Part shown: positions 55,241-63,395 of the stretch, in pieces | Position numbering within the stretch: the first letter of the stretch is position 1 | Layout of the letters: every line of letters starts with the position of its first letter | Origin: an uncultured Bacilli bacterium | GTDB taxonomy: Bacteria > Bacillota_I > Bacilli_A > ML615J-28 > CAG-313 | Assembly: GCA_934140285.1 (NCBI GenBank) | Contig: CAKPBI010000003.1 | Span: 4,130 to 68,129, forward strand | Length of the DNA stretch: 64,000 bases | Reading direction: 5' to 3' | Program-made: the position numbers and the translations under genes | The notes under the pieces: generated by a model | Databases searched by the model: none | Seen by the model: the letters and a program-made list of their open reading frames with translations, nothing else | What the model was told of the DNA's origin: nothing

Positions 55241-56497
55241 ATGACTGATTATAATACCATTCACAAGAGAATTTACGATAAAAAATGGAATTTCAAAGAT
55301 GGAAGCATGAAGGATTTAGTTCATGGTTTGCATCCATATCCTGCTATGATGATGCCCTTAATCGCTAGAACAATGTTTGAAAAATATGGTAAAGGTAAAG
55401 AAACAATATTTATGGATCCGTATGTGGGTTCTGGTACAACAATAGTGGAAGCACAAAGGTATGGTGTGTCTCAGGCGATAGGAATAGATCTTAATCCATT
55501 AGCAATATTAATATCAAAAGTAAAAACTCAAAATATTAATTTAATATTATTGAAAAGTAAAATTGATAGTTATGATGATTTTATAAAAAATGTAAGATAT
55601 TGTACTGCACCTGAATTTTCAATAAGAGATTCATGGTTTTCAAAACAAGTTATAGATGATTTAGCTAAAATTAAGGAGTTTGTAAGTACAATAGAAGACG
55701 AAGAATTAAGAGATTTCTTTAATATGTCATTTTCAGAAGTTATTAGAGCATCTTCTGAAACCAGAAATGGGGAATTCAAATTATATAGAATGAGCAAAAA
55801 ATCATTAGCAAAATTTAACCCACAACCAATTAAAATGTTTTCAGATGTAATTTTAAGAAATTATGAAATTTTAAAAAAAGCTGATTACGACAGAAATACA
55901 AATGTAATATTACTTAATGAAAACACTATCAATTTAATTAATCATAAAAATTTTTCTAATAAAGTTGATTTAATAATTACTTCTCCACCATATGGTGATA
56001 GTCATACCACGGTTGCTTATGGCCAATTTTCGAGATTAGCTAATGAATGGCTGGGTGTAAAAAATGCATGCTCTTTGGATAAACAATTATTAGGTGGAAC
56101 AAGGGTTAAAGAAAAAAAATTTAACATTCAGGAACTTGATGAAGCGATTCAAATGATCAAAGAAAAGGATGTAGTGTTTAATAGAGATCGCTACTGGGAA
56201 GTAATTTCGTTTTATGATGATTATGAAAAGTCTCTTAAAGCTGTGGCTTGTACAGTAAAAGTAGGCGGCTATGTAATTTATGTTGTCGGTAATAGAAGAG
56301 TTAGAAATATAGAATTGCCAATGGATATTATAACGTATAAAATGTTTGAAAAAATGGGGTTTGAACACATTATTACTCATGTGCGTGATATATTAAATAA
56401 GAGAATGCCATCAAAAGCATCGCCTTCAAATGAAAAAGGAGAGCAAATTCCTACAATGACTAACGAATACATAGTTGTAATGAAAAGAATAAAATAG
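55241..56497 (+). CDS. DNA amino-methyltransferase (motif order I-TRD-IV; SPPY suggests N4-C or N6-A)
   Basis: 418 aa; FMDPYVGSGTTIVEA (motif I), about 170-aa variable region, DLIITSPPYGD (motif IV). Confidence 0.8.
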   Translation: MTDYNTIHKRIYDKKWNFKDGSMKDLVHGLHPYPAMMMPLIARTMFEKYGKGKETIFMDPYVGSGTTIVEAQRYGVSQAIGIDLNPLAILISKVKTQNINLILLKSKIDSYDDFIKNVRYCTAPEFSIRDSWFSKQVIDDLAKIKEFVSTIEDEELRDFFNMSFSEVIRASSETRNGEFKLYRMSKKSLAKFNPQPIKMFSDVILRNYEILKKADYDRNTNVILLNENTINLINHKNFSNKVDLIITSPPYGDSHTTVAYGQFSRLANEWLGVKNACSLDKQLLGGTRVKEKKFNIQELDEAIQMIKEKDVVFNRDRYWEVISFYDDYEKSLKAVACTVKVGGYVIYVVGNRRVRNIELPMDIITYKMFEKMGFEHIITHVRDILNKRMPSKASPSNEKGEQIPTMTNEYIVVMKRIK

Positions 56498-56500
56498 ACT

Positions 56501-56526
56501 AGAGCATTGTGATATGCTCTTTTTTA
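56501..56526 (+). terminator. Rho-independent terminator after the methyltransferase gene
   Basis: AGAGCAT-tgtgat-ATGCTCT hairpin followed by TTTTTT. Confidence 0.8.
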
Positions 56527-56551
56527 TTTTTATTAGAATTTAGTTTAATAA

Positions 56552-56580
56552 TTGTAATTTTCTGCTAAATATGTTATAAT
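56552..56580 (+). promoter_or_regulatory. Sigma-A promoter of the nuclease gene (TTGTAA-17-TGtTATAAT)
   Basis: -35 TTGTAA at 56552-56557, 17-nt spacer, extended -10 ending at 56580. Confidence 0.75.
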
Positions 56581-56601
56581 TTAAAATATTTGGAGGTTAT
56601 T

Positions 56602-57360
56602 ATGATGATTGAACAACAATTAGTTAATTTCTTTTTTTCTATCAAGAATAAAGGTTGGATAGAAACAAAAAGGCATGGAGACCAGTGCTTAGGTAATGCC
56701 TTTGAAGATTTAATCGGTAAAATTGAAGATAATAAATCAGAGGCAGATTACCATGGAATAGAATTAAAATCTCATAGAGAAATTACAAATTCTTTACTAA
56801 CATTATTTTCAAAATCTCCATCGTTTCCTAGAGGAGTAAATACTTATTTAAGAGAAACTTATGGTGTTGATAATGATATTAATCAGGACAAAAAAGTTTT
56901 GAATACTACAATTTCGGGTAAGCAATTTAACTCTCACAGAGGTGGACATAGTTTTAAAGTTACTGTTGATCGTGTAAATAAAAAAATATGGCTGATAGTA
57001 AAAGATAGTAAAACAAATTTAATTTTAGAAGATTGTAATACTGGTAAAAAAATAAATTGGGATTTTGCTGTTTTAGAAAAAGCTCTTAAAAACAAATTAA
57101 ATAAAATTGCCATTATGTATGGTGAAGAAAAAGATGAAAATTCAAAACATTTTGTAAAATATAATAAGATGATAATGTTTGAAGGACTAACCTTAGAAAA
57201 AATGTTGAACGCAATAGAAACAGGGGACTTATTTATTGATATAAGACTTGGCGTTTATGCTTCAGGAAGTAAGTTAGGGAAAACTCATGATCATGGAACT
57301 GCATTTAGAATAAATTTAGACAAGCTCCTTTCATATGGTATTATAAAAACTTATGAATAG
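56602..57360 (+). CDS. Type II restriction endonuclease candidate (MutH/Sau3AI/MvaI-BcnI-like PD-(D/E)XK)
   Basis: 252 aa from the ATG at 56602 (GGAGG 5 nt upstream); GNAFEDLIG..EADYHGIELKS matches the D-x6-E-x-K arrangement of MutH-like nucleases; adjacent to the methyltransferase. Confidence 0.6.
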   Translation: MMIEQQLVNFFFSIKNKGWIETKRHGDQCLGNAFEDLIGKIEDNKSEADYHGIELKSHREITNSLLTLFSKSPSFPRGVNTYLRETYGVDNDINQDKKVLNTTISGKQFNSHRGGHSFKVTVDRVNKKIWLIVKDSKTNLILEDCNTGKKINWDFAVLEKALKNKLNKIAIMYGEEKDENSKHFVKYNKMIMFEGLTLEKMLNAIETGDLFIDIRLGVYASGSKLGKTHDHGTAFRINLDKLLSYGIIKTYE

Positions 57361-57433
57361 AATTTGATATGATAAAATTGTTTTATTTTAATATTAATTT
57401 TTAACTAATAGAAACTGAGAATTGGAGAACAAT

Positions 57434-59329
57434 ATGCAACAGTATAAAAAGTCACCATTTTTAAGATATATAGAAACAAATTTTGATAAAGTAATAACAA
57501 AAAAGTTAGAGGAATTTGTAGATGCAAAAAAGGATTTATTTTTAGACAAAATTGATAAAATCTCTCACATTTCGGAAGTGACTATACCAGAGTCAATAGA
57601 TTACAAAACAGTATGGATTGAAAACGATCCTCATGAAGATATATTAAAATTTGATGTTGCTTTTGCCACAACCGTTAATGTAACTGGATATGGAAGATAT
57701 GGAATGTTGACTGAATCTATATTCAAATGGTTTGTTGCTTTTTGCGAGGGAGATTTATCTTTAGGATTAAAGAAGATAGATGTTGTTATAGATGAATATT
57801 CGTGTAAATCTCGATTTAAAAATGCTCTTAATGGAGATTTGGTACCAATTATTAAGAGAGAACAATATGATGCTATTGCAGAATCAATAATTCTAAAATA
57901 TTATGATGAAATTCCTAGAAAAGTAAAAATAATTAAACTTGCAAATAGAATGGGCCTTAAGGTATATAACAGAAGAATAACTAAAGATGCGTCAATATTT
58001 GGACAAATATACTTTACTGATTCATATCAAGATTTATATGATGAAGAAAGTGACTCTTATAAAAAACACAAAGTAAAAGCTAATTCAATATATTACGATG
58101 AAAAAGCTATATTTTTATATGCAGTTGGTTCAAAAAAACTTACAATAGCACATGAATGTGTTCATTATGCGATACATAAAAAAGCGTTTCTTTTTGCTAA
58201 ATTATTTGATAAATCGTTGGAGATCATTCAATGTGAAACTACAGGTGGTATAAAAGCAAATAAAAAAACAAATGCGATAGAATGGATGGAACGACAAGCA
58301 AATGCTATTGCACCGTATATTATTATGCCAACCAAAACCTTCACTAAAAATGTTAAAGAAATTGTAACAAAATATGAATGTTATAGTGATGAAGATGTTG
58401 TGAGTCACATTGAAAAAATTATTGAAGAGTTAGCTGAATATTATGGTGTAACAATATATGCAGCAAGAAATAGATTAATTGATATTGGCTATGATGAAGC
58501 AAGAGGAGCATTTAATTGGGTAGATAATCATTATGTTCCGCCATACCTTTTTAGAAAAGGAACACTTAAAAAAAGTGAATCATTTTCTATAGATTATAAA
58601 GATATAGCGATGAAACTAATATCTAACAAAGATACACGTGAATTAATTTGCTTAAATGATTTAGTGTTTGTCGAAAATCATGTATGCATAAATGACAAGA
58701 AGTATATAACTAAAGATGATGCTGGAAATCTAATTCTAACATATTATGCTAGAATGAATATGGATGAATGTTGCATAAAGTTTGTATACAAGGAAAAAGG
58801 AAAAAATGATGAAAATGGTTATGGAGCATTTTGTTATTTATGTAGAGATGCAAATCAAGGCTTTAATTTTGAAATTGATATATCTTTGGATAAAAATGGA
58901 AGATTAGCAGATAAACTTGATACAATAAAAAGAAGTGAACAGTATTTTAAAGATATTCAAGAAATGAGAAAAATAGGCTCAATGCCTTTTACTGAAGCAT
59001 TAAAATTTCTAAAAGAATATCTTGATGTAAGTAATGAAGAGTTAGAAATTGAATCAGGATTAGATGAAAGAACTATTAGAAGATACTTAAATGGAGAAAA
59101 CAAAGTTCCTGATAAGAAAACAGTCATTGCTTTGTGTAGAGGATTAAAACTACCTATTCAAATTTGTGATATGTTAATGAAATTAGCAGGTCACACTTTA
59201 AACACTAATACCAAAGAAGATGATGCTTATTTTGCAATACTGACTGGAATGATGATGTGGACACCTAGACAAGTTAATCAGTATCTAGTTGAAACTGGAT
59301 TTGAACCTTTAACAAAAGAAAAAAAATAA
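57434..59329 (+). CDS. Large ImmA/IrrE-family metallopeptidase with a C-terminal XRE-type HTH
   Basis: 631 aa from the ATG at 57434; IAHECVHYAIH (HExxH at 58151-58165) and ERQANAIAPYIIMP; C-terminal HTH (..ESGLDERTIRRYLNGENKVPDKKTVIALCRGL..); two unassigned regions of about 140 and 200 aa. Confidence 0.7.
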   Translation: MQQYKKSPFLRYIETNFDKVITKKLEEFVDAKKDLFLDKIDKISHISEVTIPESIDYKTVWIENDPHEDILKFDVAFATTVNVTGYGRYGMLTESIFKWFVAFCEGDLSLGLKKIDVVIDEYSCKSRFKNALNGDLVPIIKREQYDAIAESIILKYYDEIPRKVKIIKLANRMGLKVYNRRITKDASIFGQIYFTDSYQDLYDEESDSYKKHKVKANSIYYDEKAIFLYAVGSKKLTIAHECVHYAIHKKAFLFAKLFDKSLEIIQCETTGGIKANKKTNAIEWMERQANAIAPYIIMPTKTFTKNVKEIVTKYECYSDEDVVSHIEKIIEELAEYYGVTIYAARNRLIDIGYDEARGAFNWVDNHYVPPYLFRKGTLKKSESFSIDYKDIAMKLISNKDTRELICLNDLVFVENHVCINDKKYITKDDAGNLILTYYARMNMDECCIKFVYKEKGKNDENGYGAFCYLCRDANQGFNFEIDISLDKNGRLADKLDTIKRSEQYFKDIQEMRKIGSMPFTEALKFLKEYLDVSNEELEIESGLDERTIRRYLNGENKVPDKKTVIALCRGLKLPIQICDMLMKLAGHTLNTNTKEDDAYFAILTGMMMWTPRQVNQYLVETGFEPLTKEKK

Positions 59330-59388
59330 AAAAATTCGGACAGGTGTTGTCCTAAAAAAATTCATAATTAAATATTAAATGTACAGTA

Positions 59389-59415
59389 AAGAGGATGAAA
59401 AGTCCTCTTTTTTTT
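59389..59415 (+). terminator. Rho-independent terminator
   Basis: AAGAGGA-tgaaaag-TCCTCTT hairpin followed by TTTTTT. Confidence 0.85.
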
Positions 59416-59583
59416 GCGTTTAATCTAAAAAAGCAACTAAAAATCATAAATAATAGCGGACAAGGGTTGCCTTTCAAAATAATGAGATACTTGATATACT
59501 ATTTGCGTAAATTGATTTACAAAACTTATTCATATAATTGTTGAACTGGCCATTCAACAAAACATATGAGGAAAGGAATTGTT

Positions 59584-59712
59584 ATGTATTATAAAGAAAC
59601 AGATGCAACAGGCATCGATGGACAAAGAGTAAATTCATGGGATTTATTTAGAGAAGCTGAATTAGCAAAAGAGAGAAACAACCAATATGTTGAAGGTGAA
59701 GAAGATGCCTAG
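59584..59712 (+). CDS. Small acidic phage-module ORF (42 aa)
   Basis: MYYKETDATGIDGQRVNSWDLFREAELAKERNNQYVEGEEDA; GAGGAAAGG SD; overlaps the next start by 8 nt (ATGCCTAG). Confidence 0.4.
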   Translation: MYYKETDATGIDGQRVNSWDLFREAELAKERNNQYVEGEEDA

Positions 59713-60835
59713 TGAACATGCAATATTATCTGCAAGTGGAAGTCATAGATGGCTAGCATGTACGCCCAGTGCAAGATTAGAACAAGAATTTAGTGATACT
59801 GATTCAACAGCTAGCCTTGAAGGTACAGCAGCACATTCACTAGCAGAACACAAATTAAAGAAAAAACTAAAAATGCAAAGTACTAGACCTAACACAATTT
59901 ATGATAATGATGAAATGGAGATGTATACAGATGATTACTCAGACTACGTCGTTGAACAATATACAAAAGCAAAAAGATATGATGAAAATGCAAAAGTATT
60001 AATTGAACAGCGATTAGACTTCAGTTGCTACGTTCCAGAAGGGTTTGGTACAGGAGATGCAGTAATCGTAAGTAAAGGTAAACTACATATAATTGATCTA
60101 AAATATGGACTAGGTGTATTAGTAAATGCAGAAAAGAATCCGCAAATGATGTTATATGCACTAGGTGCATTAAGAAAATATGAAAAAGAGTATGAAATAA
60201 AAAAAGTAAAATTAACAATTTTTCAACCACGACGTGAAAATGTAACAACATGGGAAACCACAACAGCAGCTCTAAAAAAATGGGCAAATAAAATATTAAG
60301 ACCAAAAGCTGAAATGGCATATAGAGGAACAGGCAAATATGAACCAGGAGCACACTGCCAGTTTTGTAAAGCAGCAATTAAATGTAGAGCAAGAGCGGAA
60401 GAAAAGTTAAAACTTGCAAAAGAAGAATTTAAAAAGCCACCATTAATAACAGATAATGAAATTGAAAGTGTGTTAGCAAAAATATCAGATATCAAAAAAT
60501 GGTGTGATGATATTATGGAATATGCATTAGAAAAAGCACTAAATGGAAAAAAGTGGGAAGGCTTTAAAATAGTAGCTGGACGTGGAACACGAAAGTATTT
60601 AAATGAAGAAGCTGTAGTAGAGGCTTTAAATAAAGCAGGATATTATGATATTTATAAAAAGTCATTACTTCCAATAACAGAAATGGAAAAACTAATGACT
60701 AAAAAAACATTTAGTGAAGTGCTAGGAAAACTAGTAGGTAAAACTGAAGGAAAACCAACTTTAGTTAATCTTGATGACAAAAGACCAGAACTAAATACTA
60801 TACAAGCAAAAAATGAATTTAAGGAGGAAAAATAA
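59705..60835 (+). CDS. DUF2800-family PD-(D/E)XK (Cas4-like) nuclease, phage type
   Basis: MPSEHAILSASGSHRWLACTPS.. N-terminus, DLKYG nuclease motif, C-terminal Cys cluster HCQFCKAAIKC. Confidence 0.8.
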   Translation: MPSEHAILSASGSHRWLACTPSARLEQEFSDTDSTASLEGTAAHSLAEHKLKKKLKMQSTRPNTIYDNDEMEMYTDDYSDYVVEQYTKAKRYDENAKVLIEQRLDFSCYVPEGFGTGDAVIVSKGKLHIIDLKYGLGVLVNAEKNPQMMLYALGALRKYEKEYEIKKVKLTIFQPRRENVTTWETTTAALKKWANKILRPKAEMAYRGTGKYEPGAHCQFCKAAIKCRARAEEKLKLAKEEFKKPPLITDNEIESVLAKISDIKKWCDDIMEYALEKALNGKKWEGFKIVAGRGTRKYLNEEAVVEALNKAGYYDIYKKSLLPITEMEKLMTKKTFSEVLGKLVGKTEGKPTLVNLDDKRPELNTIQAKNEFKEEK

Positions 60836-60836
60836 T

Positions 60837-61367
60837 ATGTCAAATAAAACTAGAATTGTAACTGGAAAGGTAAGATTATCATATGCAAATATATGGGAAG
60901 CAAAAGCATTAAATGAAGGAGCAAAGCCAAAATATTCAACAAGTATTATCATTCCAAAAACTGATAAAGAAACAATCAAAAAAATTAATGATGCAATAAA
61001 CTGTGCTATCGAAGAAGGAATTGGAAAATTTGGTGGCAAAAAACCAAATATAAAAGTATTAAAAACTCCTCTTCGTGATGGAGATTTGGAAAGAAGTGAT
61101 GATGAAGCATATATGAACTCATACTTTTTAAATGCGAACTCACTAACTGCACCTCAAATAGTTGATGCTAATTGTGAAGCAATTTTAGATAAATCAGAGG
61201 TTTATTCAGGATGTTATGCTAGAGTGTCAATCACATTCTATGCATATAATTCAAATGGTAATAAAGGAATTGCTGCAGGACTTGGTAACATTCAAAAACT
61301 TTCAGATGGAGAACCACTATCAGGTAAAACTAATGCACAAACAGATTTTAAAGAAGAATTTATCTAA
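60837..61367 (+). CDS. DUF2815-family phage protein (SSB-like)
   Basis: MSNKTRIVTGKVRLSYANIWEAKA.. typical DUF2815 N-terminus; AAGGAGGA SD; conserved position between DUF2800 and the polymerase. Confidence 0.75.
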   Translation: MSNKTRIVTGKVRLSYANIWEAKALNEGAKPKYSTSIIIPKTDKETIKKINDAINCAIEEGIGKFGGKKPNIKVLKTPLRDGDLERSDDEAYMNSYFLNANSLTAPQIVDANCEAILDKSEVYSGCYARVSITFYAYNSNGNKGIAAGLGNIQKLSDGEPLSGKTNAQTDFKEEFI

Positions 61368-61437
61368 AACAAATGTTGTTTATAAGGGTAGGAGAAATCT
61401 TACCCTTATAGATTAACACTAGAAAGGAAACAGTATA

Positions 61438-63390
61438 ATGAAAGAATTATTTATAGATCTTGAAACGTATTCTGATGTAGACCTTAGTAAAAGTGGTGTA
61501 TATAGATATGCACAATCTTCAAATTTTGAAATCTTATTATTTTCATACTCTGTTGACAAAGGACCAGTACAAGAAATTAACATTAAAGAAAATGAACAAA
61601 TACCAATAGATGTACTTAATGCACTAACAGATAATAGTGTTAAAAAATATGCATATAATGCTGCATTTGAGCGCATATGTTTATCAAAATATTTAGGATA
61701 TCCTATAGGAATGTATTTATCACCAAATTCTTGGTATTGTGATATGGTTCATGCTGCAACGCTAGGACTACCATTATCACTAGAAAATGTAGGAATTGTC
61801 TTAGGAATAGAAAAACAAAAATTAACAATAGGTAAAAGTTTAATCAAATATTTTTGCATTCCTTGTACTCCAACTAAAGCTAATGGCTATAGAACAAGAA
61901 ACTTACCACATCATGATAGAGATAAATGGAATGAATTTATTAAATACAACAAGAGAGATGTAGAAACCGAAATGGAAATTCATAATAGACTAGCAAAATT
62001 TCCAGTATTAGAACAAGAATGGGATAACTATCATTTAGATCAAAGAATTAATGACTATGGGATTATGATTGATATAGATTTTGTAAACCATGCAATTAGA
62101 TGTGATGAAGAAAATCAAGAAAACAATATTGAAAAAGTAAAGCTAATAACAGGTGTTAATAATCCTAATTCACCAAAACAATTAAAAGAATGGTTAATAG
62201 AGCAAGGAATGACAGAGATTGATTCACTCTCAAAAGCTGATGTAACAAGGCTTTTAAAAGATGCAACAGGAAATGTTGAAGAAATATTAAAACTAAGACA
62301 GGATATTGCTAAATCCAGTGTTAAAAAATACATAGCAATGCAAAACGTAGTTTGTAAAGATGATAGATGTAGAGGATTAATACAGTTCTATGGAGCAAAT
62401 AGAACAGGAAGATATGCAGGAAGACTAATTCAAATGCAAAACCTTCCTCAGAACCATTTAGAGCCATTAAGTGAGGCAAGAGAATTAATACGAATGGAGA
62501 ATTTAGATGGAACGCTTGCGAAATTTGGAGCTATTTCAACCGTTTTGTCAGAACTAATAAGAACAGCATTTATTCCAAAAAAGGGATATCGCTTTATAGT
62601 ATCAGACTTTTCTGCTATTGAAGCAAGAGTATTAGCATGGCTTGCAAAAGAAGAATGGAGACTAGAACTATTTAGAAATGGCGGAGATATATACTGCATG
62701 TCAGCTAGCAAGATGTTTGGTGTACCAGTTGAAAAAAATGGGATAAATAAAGAGCTAAGACAAAAAGGTAAAATGGCTGAACTCGCGTGTGGATACGGTG
62801 GTTCTGTTGGTGCCTTAAAAGCCTTTGGAGCAGTTGCTTTAGGAATTAAAGAAAGTGAGCTTAAAGGGATAATTGATAAATGGCGAGAAGCTAATCCTAA
62901 TATTATAAAGCTATGGTGGGAAGTAGACAAGACAGCAAAAAATGTGATAACAAATAAATCAACACTTATGTGTTATGGGTTAAAGTTTTCATATGAAAAA
63001 GGTATTATGTTCATCGAACTACCTAGTAAAAGAAGACTTGCATATTGTAAACCAAGAATAGGTATTAATGCATTAGGATTAAAGTGTATTACTTATGAAG
63101 GAATAGGAACAGGAAAAAAATGGGAGCGAATTGAATCATACGGACCAAAATTAGTAGAAAATATTGTGCAAGGAATTGCAAGAGATATTTTGGCAGAAGC
63201 AATGATGAGGCTATATAAAAATGGCTATAAGATAACTATGCATATTCATGATGAAGTTGTGCTTGAAGTAGAAGAAAATGTATCAACTGTTGAGGAGGTT
63301 TGTCGTATCATGAAAATATCACCAGTTTGGGCAAAAGATTTACCACTTAATGCAGATGGATACGAATGCAAGTTTTACAAAAAGGAGTAA
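61438..63390 (+). CDS. Family A DNA polymerase, phage type, with 3'-5' exonuclease domain
   Basis: 650 aa; FIDLETYS (Exo I), YNAAFE (Exo II), RQKGKMAELACGYGG (motif B-like), MHIHDEVVLE (motif C). Confidence 0.85.
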   Translation: MKELFIDLETYSDVDLSKSGVYRYAQSSNFEILLFSYSVDKGPVQEINIKENEQIPIDVLNALTDNSVKKYAYNAAFERICLSKYLGYPIGMYLSPNSWYCDMVHAATLGLPLSLENVGIVLGIEKQKLTIGKSLIKYFCIPCTPTKANGYRTRNLPHHDRDKWNEFIKYNKRDVETEMEIHNRLAKFPVLEQEWDNYHLDQRINDYGIMIDIDFVNHAIRCDEENQENNIEKVKLITGVNNPNSPKQLKEWLIEQGMTEIDSLSKADVTRLLKDATGNVEEILKLRQDIAKSSVKKYIAMQNVVCKDDRCRGLIQFYGANRTGRYAGRLIQMQNLPQNHLEPLSEARELIRMENLDGTLAKFGAISTVLSELIRTAFIPKKGYRFIVSDFSAIEARVLAWLAKEEWRLELFRNGGDIYCMSASKMFGVPVEKNGINKELRQKGKMAELACGYGGSVGALKAFGAVALGIKESELKGIIDKWREANPNIIKLWWEVDKTAKNVITNKSTLMCYGLKFSYEKGIMFIELPSKRRLAYCKPRIGINALGLKCITYEGIGTGKKWERIESYGPKLVENIVQGIARDILAEAMMRLYKNGYKITMHIHDEVVLEVEENVSTVEEVCRIMKISPVWAKDLPLNADGYECKFYKKE

Positions 63391-63395
63391 TAGAA

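Noticed and set aside
60021-61039. Several minus-strand ORFs (63-118 aa)
   Set aside because: They are antisense to the DUF2800 and DUF2815 genes, with hydrophobic low-complexity translations typical of AT-rich antisense frames.
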